48,848 nucleotides of DNA. It comes from Candidatus Cloacimonadota bacterium. Lineage in GTDB: Bacteria > Cloacimonadota > Cloacimonadia > JGIOTU-2. The stretch covers positions 1,631 through 50,478 of the forward strand of contig JAYEKN010000094.1 in assembly GCA_034661015.1 (NCBI GenBank), in the 5' to 3' direction. The notes under the pieces are model-generated. The model worked only from the letters and a program-made list of their open reading frames with translations, made no database searches and was not told where the DNA came from. This document shows positions 32,730-41,571 of the stretch, piece by piece (the stretch's first letter is position 1; every line of letters starts with the position of its first letter). The position numbers and the translations under genes were made by a program.

Positions 32730-33131
32730 ATGATATTAAATTCGATTTTTGGAAATTCAGTTAAAATTCTGCAAACTTGTTTGAACGGCTATAAAGCCCG
32801 AAACAGAGCAATTTCTTCAAATATTGCAAATGCAGAAGTTAAAAATTATCGAAAAATCAGCGTTGGTTTCGAAAACAACTTAAAAAAGGCAATAAATGAA
32901 AAATCCTCTGATATTACTCAAACCAATCCAGCTCATCTATCAAAGAATTCTGAAATAAACGAGGAAATGATTTCAGTTGAAAAAAGCAAATTTTCAAATG
33001 TGGGAGAGCATAAAATTTCACTTGATGAAGAAATGGTCAACTTAGTAAATAATCAAATCAACTACCAGACATCCGCCAAAGTTCTCAATAAGATGTTTGG
33101 TATTCTCCGAACCGCTATTAAAGGTAGATAA
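32730..33131 (+). CDS. flgB: Flagellar proximal rod protein FlgB
   Basis: RNRAISSNIANAEVKNYRK and C-terminal EEMVNLVNNQINYQTSAKVLNKM. Confidence 0.92.
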   Translation: MILNSIFGNSVKILQTCLNGYKARNRAISSNIANAEVKNYRKISVGFENNLKKAINEKSSDITQTNPAHLSKNSEINEEMISVEKSKFSNVGEHKISLDEEMVNLVNNQINYQTSAKVLNKMFGILRTAIKGR

Positions 33132-33133
33132 TT

Positions 33134-33601
33134 ATGAAAATTGCAAATTTATACAGCATCAGTTCATCCGGCTTAGCAGCTCAAAGAAAACGAATTGATG
33201 CGATCGTGCAAAATATTGCCAATGCAAACTCCAAAGGATATAAGTATAAAAAAGTGGTTATGGAAAATGTCCCTTTTTCTAAAACCCTAAATTCCTATAT
33301 GGAAAAAAAGGGGAAACTTTCTTTAACAAATTCAAATCATATTCAAAATACAGGTTCAACAAAGATTAATTCGGTCAACGTGAATCAAGTAAAAGCAAAA
33401 ATAGTAGAAGTTGCAAATAGAACAAAAATTGTTTATGATAAGAATCACCCTGACGCAGATGAAAACGGTTATGTGGAACTGCCGGATATAAATATTGTAA
33501 GTGAAATGGCAAATCTCTTGGTAGCCTCAAGAGCCTACGAAGCAAATTTGGCTGCCTTAAACGCAGCTAAAGAAATGGATAAAGAAGCACTTAAGATTTA
33601 G
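33134..33601 (+). CDS. flgC: Flagellar proximal rod protein FlgC
   Basis: SSGLAAQRKRIDAIVQNIANANS and YVELPDINIVSEMANLLVASRAYEANL. Confidence 0.95.
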   Translation: MKIANLYSISSSGLAAQRKRIDAIVQNIANANSKGYKYKKVVMENVPFSKTLNSYMEKKGKLSLTNSNHIQNTGSTKINSVNVNQVKAKIVEVANRTKIVYDKNHPDADENGYVELPDINIVSEMANLLVASRAYEANLAALNAAKEMDKEALKI

Positions 33602-33611
33602 AAGGTAACTG

Positions 33612-33905
33612 ATGAATATTAACGGAATTAGCGGTATCAATCAAAAAGGAATCAAACCTATCCAATCAATTGCGGGAAAAAAAAATACGTCTTTTTTACA
33701 AATAATTAAAAATCAATTGGAAGATGTGAATAAAATGCAGCTCGACGCAAACCAGAAAATCAATGAGTTTGCTACCGGTGATGTCAAAAACGTTCATGAC
33801 GTGATGATTGCAATGGAAAAAGCCGACATTAGTTTTAATTTGATGGTAGAGATTCGTAACAAACTGGTTGAATCGTATAAAGAAATAATGCGAATGCAGG
33901 TTTAA
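33612..33905 (+). CDS. fliE: Flagellar hook-basal body protein FliE
   Basis: 97 aa; VHDVMIAMEKADISFNLMVEIRNKLVESYKEIMRMQV. Sits in the flgC-fliE-fliF position. Confidence 0.92.
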   Translation: MNINGISGINQKGIKPIQSIAGKKNTSFLQIIKNQLEDVNKMQLDANQKINEFATGDVKNVHDVMIAMEKADISFNLMVEIRNKLVESYKEIMRMQV

Positions 33906-33916
33906 AAGGAGCACAA

Positions 33917-35986
33917 ATGGGTGATAATAAATTAAAACTGATTTTTGATAATGCCTCAACCGGTCAAAAAATCGTGATTGCTTCTGTTCTTATTAGCATT
34001 ATTCTCTTTACGACTTTGATTCTGAAATGGACAAATAAACCTGCAATGAGCCTTCTTTACTCCAATCTCAGTTCAAATGATGCCGGAGCTATTGTGGAAA
34101 AATTGGACAAGCAGAACATTAATTATGAATTGAAAGATGGCAATACTATCTTTGTTTCCCAAGATGATATATACAAATTGCGAATATCTCTGGCAAAAGA
34201 TGGACTTCCCACAAAAAAGGGATTCGGTTATGAAATTCTCAATTCAAAGGGATTTGGCACAACTGAATTTTTGCAAAAAATTAATTTTCGAAGAGCTCTC
34301 GAAGCAGAAATTGCTCAAACCATTACTGATTTGGAACCCATACAAGATGTGCGAATACATATTGTAATGCCCGATCAAGCCCTTTTTAAGGAAGATGAAA
34401 AACCTGTAACCGCAGGAGTAACTTTGAAACTTGCTGGTTCTGAGCATTTAACAAAGGAACAAATCCAAAGCATCATCTATCTTGTATCATCAAGCGTGGA
34501 GGGTTTGCAACCACAAAATATAACAGTAGTGGATACAAAAGGTGATATCCTCTCAAGTGAGCAGTATGACGATTTCAAAGGCACTTCAAGCAGTCTAACT
34601 CAGAGGATGGAAGTAGAAAAATATCTAACGGATAAAGTTAGTTCAATGCTCAATAATGTTCTCGGACCCGACAATTCTGTTGTCCGAATTTCGGTTGAAT
34701 TAGATATGGAGAGTATTGACCAAACAGATGAGACGTATGATCCAAATTCTCAAGTTGCCAGAAGTGAATCCATTAGTGAAAGCAGTTCTCAGGACGGTGA
34801 AAAGGATGTGGGAGGAGAAACCAGGGAATCTGAAATCACTACCAATTATGAAATCAGCAAAAGTATAAATCACACGGTTAAAAAATCCGGAAAAATTAAA
34901 AACATCTCGGTTTCTGTTTTAATTGATGGAACATACGTTCAAGAGGAAAATGAAGATGGAAAAATGATTACCAAATATGTTCCCCGTACTAATCAGGAGA
35001 TCAATGATATTACCTTAACCGTGCAAAACGCCATTGGGTCTGATGCTACGCGTGGAGATAGAATAACTGTTAGCAATATGCAGTTTAAAACCAAAGATGA
35101 ATTACCGATGTTGGCAGGAATGAAGAGCGGTGGATTCCAATTACCTGCAGATCTCTTTACAAAAGTGCTTACATTACTTCTTTTGGTATTAGGTGTGTTT
35201 CTGATTAAATCCATTTTAAAAAATTATGATCTTACCGAGTTAACTGCACATATTCGGCCATTAACAGTTCCGGCAGGTGCTCAACCTTCATCAAATATTT
35301 ATCAGCAACACGCAACGCCACAAACAATGACCTCCCCTACCCAAGCAACATCACAAACAAAACCACAAACTGAAATTAAAAAACAATTTACCCCTGAAGA
35401 TGAAAATGAAACAAAACCCGTAGAGAAAACAAAACAATCACCCGAACAAAAGATTGATCAAAATTCCCAAGAAACATCCACCTTAAAAGAGAAGCCAACG
35501 AAAAGTTCAGAAGAAATTAAAAAATTGGCGTTGGAAACTCAGGATTTGGAATTAGAAACCAAAAAAAGGGAAATGGACTTAAGAAAAAAAGCTCTTGAAA
35601 ATTTGGAGCTGGAGGAAAAAGAAATGGAATTCGATGAAAAGAAAAAACAGGAGAGATTAAAGATACTTAAGGAAGTAGAAAATCTTGAACATGAAATTCA
35701 TGGAATGGAAGATTCTATAGCAAGTGGAGAAAAATATGGTGGGTCTTCGGAAATCAATCAACCTACTCAAGAAGATATCGAAATGAAGAAACTTCTTGAA
35801 AGAAAACGAAAAGCACTTGAAAAACGCGAACAGATGAAAATTGAAATGGAAATGATGGCGAGTATTCAGAAAAAACCCGACATAAATCAGAAGAAAAGAA
35901 ATTTGGAAAAAAAACGAGTTAGTGAATATATTCAAAACAATCCTGAAGCAGCCAATGCAATTTTAAGAAGTTGGCTCAGTAAGTAA
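33917..35986 (+). CDS. fliF: Flagellar MS-ring protein FliF with an extended cytoplasmic C-terminal region
   Basis: N-terminal TM helix; LYSNLSSNDAGAIVEKLDKQNINYELKDGNTIFV; RISLAKDGLP; second TM helix near aa 415-435; terminal FliG-binding-like EYIQNNPEAANAILRSWLSK. About 230 aa of low-complexity/coiled-coil sequence lies between the second TM helix and the terminal motif. Confidence 0.93.
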   Translation: MGDNKLKLIFDNASTGQKIVIASVLISIILFTTLILKWTNKPAMSLLYSNLSSNDAGAIVEKLDKQNINYELKDGNTIFVSQDDIYKLRISLAKDGLPTKKGFGYEILNSKGFGTTEFLQKINFRRALEAEIAQTITDLEPIQDVRIHIVMPDQALFKEDEKPVTAGVTLKLAGSEHLTKEQIQSIIYLVSSSVEGLQPQNITVVDTKGDILSSEQYDDFKGTSSSLTQRMEVEKYLTDKVSSMLNNVLGPDNSVVRISVELDMESIDQTDETYDPNSQVARSESISESSSQDGEKDVGGETRESEITTNYEISKSINHTVKKSGKIKNISVSVLIDGTYVQEENEDGKMITKYVPRTNQEINDITLTVQNAIGSDATRGDRITVSNMQFKTKDELPMLAGMKSGGFQLPADLFTKVLTLLLLVLGVFLIKSILKNYDLTELTAHIRPLTVPAGAQPSSNIYQQHATPQTMTSPTQATSQTKPQTEIKKQFTPEDENETKPVEKTKQSPEQKIDQNSQETSTLKEKPTKSSEEIKKLALETQDLELETKKREMDLRKKALENLELEEKEMEFDEKKKQERLKILKEVENLEHEIHGMEDSIASGEKYGGSSEINQPTQEDIEMKKLLERKRKALEKREQMKIEMEMMASIQKKPDINQKKRNLEKKRVSEYIQNNPEAANAILRSWLSK

Positions 35987-36013
35987 AAAACAACAAATTA
36001 TAAAGGAATTATT

Positions 36014-37015
36014 ATGGGTGTAAATTTCGAACATCTATCCGGTATTCAAAAATGTGCTGCCCTTTCTTTAGCATTGGGACCGGAAGTATCTGCCAAACTT
36101 TTTTCTAAAATGAACGATCTCGAACTCGAACAGGTTAGTAGTGAACTCGTGCGTATGGATAATATCTCAGCTGAAGTTACGGGGCAGGTTATTGAAGAAT
36201 TTTTCAACATGATCAGGGCAGAACAATATATCACCATGGGTGGAGTGGATTATGCCAGAAAATTATTGAAAAACGTAATTGGAGATGAAAAAACCGAGGT
36301 CCTCATTGGTAAGATTGAAAGAAATCTTCACAAGAGTGGATTCAGCAAATTTCAGGAAGTGGATCTGCAAGAATTAGTCAGCTTCATTCAGAGTGAACAT
36401 CCACAAACAATTGCTTTGATATTAACCCAACTTTCACCCAAGCAAGCCGGTGAGATGCTTACCATGCTTCCCAAAAAAATTCAACCGGAATTATTGCGTC
36501 GTTTCTCACAGATTGGTGAAGTACCTCCGGAAACTCTAAGGATGGTTGAAGAAGTTTTAGAAGATAAGATCAGTTTTTCCAAATCTATGGGTAAATTTGG
36601 CGGTGTTAAAGCTGCTGCAGAAATGATGAATATGGTTGGTGCTACTGCTGAAAGAGAAATATTGGAAGTTCTTCAAGACACTTCTTCGGATCTGGCAAAT
36701 GAAATAAAAGAATTGATGTTCGTATTTGCAGATATCAAAAATCTTTCCAGCCACTCCATTCGAGAAATATTAAAAGAAGTTGATAATTCCGACCTCGCAG
36801 TTGCCATGAAACATACTGATGAGGAAACAACAAAAATAATTTTCGATAATCTTTCCGAGCGTCAAACAAAACTTCTAAAAGAAGAAATTGGTTATCTTGG
36901 TCCTCTCCGCTTACGAGTTGTAGAGGATATGCAGAAAAAAATCGTGAATACAATTCGTCGTTTGCGCGACGAAGAAAAAATCAGTTTGAATGCTGCTGAA
37001 GAGGTGATGGTCTAA
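36014..37015 (+). CDS. fliG: Flagellar rotor/switch protein FliG
   Basis: LSGIQKCAALSLALGPEVSAKLF, HPQTIALILTQL, SIREILKEVDNSDLAVAMK, MQKKIVNTIRRL. Confidence 0.95.
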   Translation: MGVNFEHLSGIQKCAALSLALGPEVSAKLFSKMNDLELEQVSSELVRMDNISAEVTGQVIEEFFNMIRAEQYITMGGVDYARKLLKNVIGDEKTEVLIGKIERNLHKSGFSKFQEVDLQELVSFIQSEHPQTIALILTQLSPKQAGEMLTMLPKKIQPELLRRFSQIGEVPPETLRMVEEVLEDKISFSKSMGKFGGVKAAAEMMNMVGATAEREILEVLQDTSSDLANEIKELMFVFADIKNLSSHSIREILKEVDNSDLAVAMKHTDEETTKIIFDNLSERQTKLLKEEIGYLGPLRLRVVEDMQKKIVNTIRRLRDEEKISLNAAEEVMV

Positions 37016-37824
37016 TGAAAATAATAAAAAGCGATAAAGTTAAAGAAACAGTTTTTGAAAATTTTAATTCAACCTTACCGGATTTTAGCGATATAATGAA
37101 AGAAAGAAAAAAGGAACTTGAAGAGAAAAAAAAATCTGAACAAGACTATAGAACTCCTTTGCCGATTCGACAAGGTTTCACTGAAAAATTTGATAAAATA
37201 GAGAAATTGTATGATATAAAAGTAAAACGTGCCTATAATCGAGGTTTAAATGAAGGTGCGGAAAAAGCTGCAAAAGAGATTACGGAAAATTTATCAAATA
37301 AATATGAAAACAAAATTGAAGAATTAATAAAAAATAATGAACAAGAGATCAAAGAACTAAAACAAGTAAATATTGAAAAAGTTGATTTAATGTTTAGGGA
37401 TTTCGAAAATCAGATTGATGTTTATAAGAGAAGTTTCGTGAATATTGCAGAAAATTATCATAAAGAAACTGTGAAAATATCTTTGGCAATTATGAAAAAG
37501 ATTATGGTTGAATTATCCGATAAAGATAAGAACCTTATTTCGCGAAATATTCTAAAATCTTTGAACAAAATTGATAAGAAAATCCCTTGCATTCTCAAAC
37601 TAAATCCGGACGATTTGAAATATTTCAAAGATAATTCTTCGGTTTTGGAAGAACTTGCAGAGAGAAAAGGGTATAAAACCGAGAATATCGAGTTGATTCC
37701 AGACGAAAGTATTGAAAAGGGTGGTTGTGTTGTAGAAACGGATTCCTTTGTGATTGACGCCAGATTATCCGAACAATTTGAAAACTTGAAGAAAGCACTT
37801 AAAGAAAACTATATAAGTTTTTAG
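37015..37824 (+). CDS. fliH: Flagellar export ATPase regulator FliH
   Basis: Lies between fliG and fliI. Charged coiled-coil N-terminal half; C-terminal IELIPDESIEKGGCVVETDSFVIDARLSEQ. Confidence 0.85.
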   Translation: MKIIKSDKVKETVFENFNSTLPDFSDIMKERKKELEEKKKSEQDYRTPLPIRQGFTEKFDKIEKLYDIKVKRAYNRGLNEGAEKAAKEITENLSNKYENKIEELIKNNEQEIKELKQVNIEKVDLMFRDFENQIDVYKRSFVNIAENYHKETVKISLAIMKKIMVELSDKDKNLISRNILKSLNKIDKKIPCILKLNPDDLKYFKDNSSVLEELAERKGYKTENIELIPDESIEKGGCVVETDSFVIDARLSEQFENLKKALKENYISF

Positions 37825-37836
37825 GAACGGAACTTT

Positions 37837-39153
37837 ATGAATTCATTAATAAGTACAATTTTTATGGACCCCATTCGTGTGATTGAAAACACCTCTTTGA
37901 TTAGCCAAAAAGGGAAAATCGAAAATGTTTACGGGATGACTGTTGAATCAAGGGGACCTAATGTAAAAATCGGAGAAATTTGTAGAATAATTTCCGGAAA
38001 GAAAAGCTATTTGGCGGAAGTTGTGGGATTTAAGGATAATTTAAATCAACTTATGTGTTTCAATGATTTTAGTGGAATTTCCCCGGGATGCGAAGTTATT
38101 TCCGAACGAGCTAATTTCAATATACCATTTAGTGACCAATTTGTTGGGAGAGTAATCAACGGAATCGGGCAACCAATAGATGATAAGGGTGGTTTGATCG
38201 CCGAAGAATTTCTGCCAATCGGCACTGATCCGATAAATCCCATGAAACGTGTTCGAGTTGACGAGCCACTTTGCACGGGGATTAAGGCAATTGACGCAAC
38301 CGCTACAATCGGAAAAGGTCAACGTGTGGGAATTTTTTCCGGCACAGGAGTTGGGAAAAGTGTTCTCCTCGGAATGATCGCAAAATCATCAACAGCTGAT
38401 ATCAATGTTATTGGCTTGATTGGTGAGAGAGGAAGAGAAGTTAAGGAATTCGTGGAAAATATACTCGGACCGGAAGGTTTGAAACGATCAATTGTTGTTG
38501 CGGTTACTTCGGATGAAAGTCCATTAATGCGAGTGAAAGGTGCATTTCTCATTACAGCAATAGCAGAATATTTTCGAGGTCGCGGCAATGACGTAATGTT
38601 GCTGATGGATTCTATCACACGCTTTGCTCGAGCGTTACGCGAAATCGGTTTGGCAGTAGGTGAACCACCCACCGTAAAAGGATATCCACCTTCAATTTTT
38701 TCAATCTTGCCAAAAATCTTAGAACGTCCCGGCAAAACCGAAGATGGCTCTATAACCGGAATATACACCGTGCTTGTAGAGGAGGATGACTTGAACAATC
38801 CTATTGAAGATGAAGTAAGAGCAATCCTTGACGGGCACATTATTCTTGATAGAAATCTTGCAAATATTAATCACTATCCTGCCATTGATATTTTGGGAAG
38901 TATTAGTCGAGTTATGCGTGGCATTATCTCAGAAGAGCACAAAGAGTTATACGAAAAAATCATTGAAACATATTCTATTTATAAAGAAACTGAAGATCTT
39001 ATCACTCTCGGAGCCTATGCAAAAGGAACAAACAAAAAAATTGATTATGCAATTGAGAATATTGATAGAATCAATCATTTTTTCAAACAGGATATTTCAG
39101 AATCATTTTCCCTTGAAGAAACAATAGACAAACTTAAAAAGGTACTGAAATGA
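37837..39153 (+). CDS. fliI: Flagellum-specific ATPase FliI
   Basis: Walker A GIFSGTGVGKSVLL, Walker B VMLLMDSITRFA, and SITGIYTVLVEEDD. Confidence 0.96.
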   Translation: MNSLISTIFMDPIRVIENTSLISQKGKIENVYGMTVESRGPNVKIGEICRIISGKKSYLAEVVGFKDNLNQLMCFNDFSGISPGCEVISERANFNIPFSDQFVGRVINGIGQPIDDKGGLIAEEFLPIGTDPINPMKRVRVDEPLCTGIKAIDATATIGKGQRVGIFSGTGVGKSVLLGMIAKSSTADINVIGLIGERGREVKEFVENILGPEGLKRSIVVAVTSDESPLMRVKGAFLITAIAEYFRGRGNDVMLLMDSITRFARALREIGLAVGEPPTVKGYPPSIFSILPKILERPGKTEDGSITGIYTVLVEEDDLNNPIEDEVRAILDGHIILDRNLANINHYPAIDILGSISRVMRGIISEEHKELYEKIIETYSIYKETEDLITLGAYAKGTNKKIDYAIENIDRINHFFKQDISESFSLEETIDKLKKVLK

Positions 39154-39602
39154 AAAAATTCTTTTTTAGACTCGAAAAATTGCTTATTTTAAGAAAAAAT
39201 ACCGAGAAAGAAAAAATTAGGATTTTGGCTTTGGATCTACACAAATTATATCAAGCAAAAAGCCAGTTGGAAAATTTGAATGAAGAAGTGGGTATTAATT
39301 GGAATTCTATAGAAAAAAATAGCAAGATGAAAATTTGTAAAAAAAAAGTGAGCGACTTTATTAATTATTACAATTATGATAATTTTCTCAATGAATCACT
39401 CAAGCATCAGATGAATAAAATTGGTAGCATTGATCGGCGTTTGGCAAAAGACAGGATGCATCTGAACGAAGCTATTAACAAACGAAAAATCTTGGAAAAA
39501 CTTAAAGCGAAAAAACAAAAACAATATAATCAGAAACATAAACGCCTCATTAAACATAATGAAGATGAGATAGCCTTAATGGCTTACTTTCAATCCGCTT
39601 AA
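39150..39602 (+). CDS. fliJ: Flagellar export chaperone FliJ
   Basis: 150-aa coiled-coil protein overlapping the fliI stop (ATGA); N-terminal FRLEKLLILRK. Confidence 0.8.
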   Translation: MKKFFFRLEKLLILRKNTEKEKIRILALDLHKLYQAKSQLENLNEEVGINWNSIEKNSKMKICKKKVSDFINYYNYDNFLNESLKHQMNKIGSIDRRLAKDRMHLNEAINKRKILEKLKAKKQKQYNQKHKRLIKHNEDEIALMAYFQSA

Positions 39603-39614
39603 AAAGGAGTAACT

Positions 39615-40460
39615 ATGGCTGACGAAGAAATAAAAGAGACTGAAGAGCAAGCATTAGAAGAAGAGAACGCAGAAAAAGAAGAAGACAAAAAAGGGAAAAA
39701 GAAGAAAAAAAAGAAGAAAAAAAAGGAAAAAAAGGAGAAGAAAGAAAAAAAATCCTTCAAATTTTCTCCGGTTTATTTCTATGTGGGAATCTTTTTAGTG
39801 AGTATTGCAGTAACTTATTTTTTCTCAAGTATGTTTTTTCAGAATATTCAAGATCAGCAAATCAAATTTCTGGAAATCCTTAAGGTTTCGGGATTAGTTG
39901 ACTCCACTGTGGCAGATTCTGTTCTTTCATCAAATATTGTTCAACCGGTAGTGCAAATTGCAGAGACAGATTCAATCAGCACAGACTCACTAATTGCATT
40001 GGATAGTTTGGGAACTCCGGAAACTAAACCGGAAAATAAAATGATTAACGCAAATACCGGTAAAATTGTTGAAGAAGTTATCCCACCGAAACCTTCTGAA
40101 GAAGTTATTATCGTAGAAAATAATAATGCAGATGTCTTTAAGGGTATTGTTGATACCGTGGATAATCCATATCCTTTTGAAGAAGTGATAAAGCAAGCAA
40201 AAAGCAAAATAGCCTTGCCTTCTAAAGATGAAAAAGAAAGCCCCCAATCACCACAGAATGTGAATATTAGCAAGACATTGAAAATTTTAAAATCAATGCA
40301 AATAACTCAAAAGGTTGATTTGCTTCGCAATTTTGATGATGAAACTTTTGCAGAATTACTTATGCGGATGAAAGAACGTGATGCAGCGAAAATCTTGGCA
40401 ACATTACCCACAGAACGAGCTTTCACTCTTACCCAATTAATACTAAATCAAAAAAATTAA
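39615..40460 (+). CDS. YlxF/MotE-like flagellar protein (poly-Lys N-terminus, TM helix, C-terminal MgtE_N-like helical domain)
   Basis: It occupies the ylxF slot after fliJ, as in the Bacillus fla/che operon order fliJ-ylxF-fliK. C-terminal DDETFAELLMRMKERDAAKILATLPTERAFTLTQLI resembles the MgtE_N/MotE motif. N-terminal KKGKKKKKKKKKKEKKEKKEKK. Confidence 0.6.
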   Translation: MADEEIKETEEQALEEENAEKEEDKKGKKKKKKKKKKEKKEKKEKKSFKFSPVYFYVGIFLVSIAVTYFFSSMFFQNIQDQQIKFLEILKVSGLVDSTVADSVLSSNIVQPVVQIAETDSISTDSLIALDSLGTPETKPENKMINANTGKIVEEVIPPKPSEEVIIVENNNADVFKGIVDTVDNPYPFEEVIKQAKSKIALPSKDEKESPQSPQNVNISKTLKILKSMQITQKVDLLRNFDDETFAELLMRMKERDAAKILATLPTERAFTLTQLILNQKN

Positions 40461-40581
40461 TAAACCTAAAGTATCACTTTAGAAATATTACAAAATAACC
40501 TCATTAACTGTAAAATAAGAATTTAAAATTAAATGGAAAATTCTGCAATAATTTCGTCATCAACTGAATAAAAATGGGTGT

Positions 40582-41370
40582 GTGAAAATGGTCTATCTTC
40601 CAATAGTTACGAAAAGTGATCGTTCTGATAAGGTTAAAAAATTTAATTTTTTCTCCGGAGACAAGTTACTTGCTACATCAAATTCCACAAAAAATATTAG
40701 TTTTCACACGATTCTTCAAAATAAAATTTCCTTTGAAAAATTGAGAAAAAATTCTCACAAAATATTTTTCCCGGCAAATTTGCTTACACAGTTCAATTCT
40801 TACAACCATTCTTTTCAGAAGGGAAGAATTCAATCCCAAAATATATTTGATATATCAACTCGTTCTGAGATTGTTAATGGAAACGAAAAAAATTTATCTA
40901 AATTTGTTAGCAATAAAGATGCAAATAGGATGGGATATGCTAGTTTGTTTTCCGAAAAATTAGGCACTTTATCAAGGATTAATTCAAAAATTCACTCAAA
41001 ACAACAACCACCAACTGCAAACAATGTTCTGATCAAATCTTCTTTTGGTCCATATAATATCCGAAATGACTTTTTTTCGTTTAACAAAAGTTCAAACTCA
41101 TCAGGGATTATATCCCAATTTGTTGCTGATCGAATTGCAGAATCCATCAAAGATTATCCAATTAATTTTAGGAATATAAATTTGCAAATTAAATTTTCTA
41201 ATATGGGCAAAATGTATTGTTCTATCTTTAAATCAGGTAAAAATACCAGTGTCAGATTCCGAACCGATTCAAGAAAGCTGTCTCAAATTCTTAATCTATC
41301 CTTTTCATCCATCAGAAGAAATTTGCAAAGGAAAGGATTGCATCTTAGGCTGCTAACTCCGATTTTGTAA
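40582..41370 (+). CDS. fliK: Short FliK-like hook-length control protein (tentative)
   Basis: Lies after fliJ and the ylxF-like gene. The C-terminal part INLQIKFSNMGKMYCSIFKSGKNTSVRFRTDSRKLSQILNLSFSSIRRNLQRKGLHL resembles the Flg_hook domain pattern (L-x-L-x-P-x-LG-x-V-x-V...). The N-terminal part is S/N-rich. The start is uncertain (GTG at 40582 or ATG at 40588). Confidence 0.5.
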   Translation: MKMVYLPIVTKSDRSDKVKKFNFFSGDKLLATSNSTKNISFHTILQNKISFEKLRKNSHKIFFPANLLTQFNSYNHSFQKGRIQSQNIFDISTRSEIVNGNEKNLSKFVSNKDANRMGYASLFSEKLGTLSRINSKIHSKQQPPTANNVLIKSSFGPYNIRNDFFSFNKSSNSSGIISQFVADRIAESIKDYPINFRNINLQIKFSNMGKMYCSIFKSGKNTSVRFRTDSRKLSQILNLSFSSIRRNLQRKGLHLRLLTPIL

Positions 41371-41571
41371 CTTGCATTGTCAAAGATGAATCCAAAAGGT
41401 TTGAAAAAACAGTGATAAACCAGCGGTGTTCAAGGAAAACTGACCGCATTTTATTTGATCCGAAACAATAAGGTATTCAAAAAAAAATCATTGTTTAAAA
41501 CAAAATAACTTGCCATAATCTTACACTTCATAATTTAATGTGAATAAATTTATTCTATTTAGGAGTTTTGT

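Noticed and set aside
38319-38840. 173-aa minus-strand ORF, and other antisense ORFs, inside fliI
   Set aside because: It lies entirely within the highly conserved FliI ATPase coding region on the opposite strand and has no recognisable motifs. This is the typical shadow ORF of a relatively GC-richer gene.
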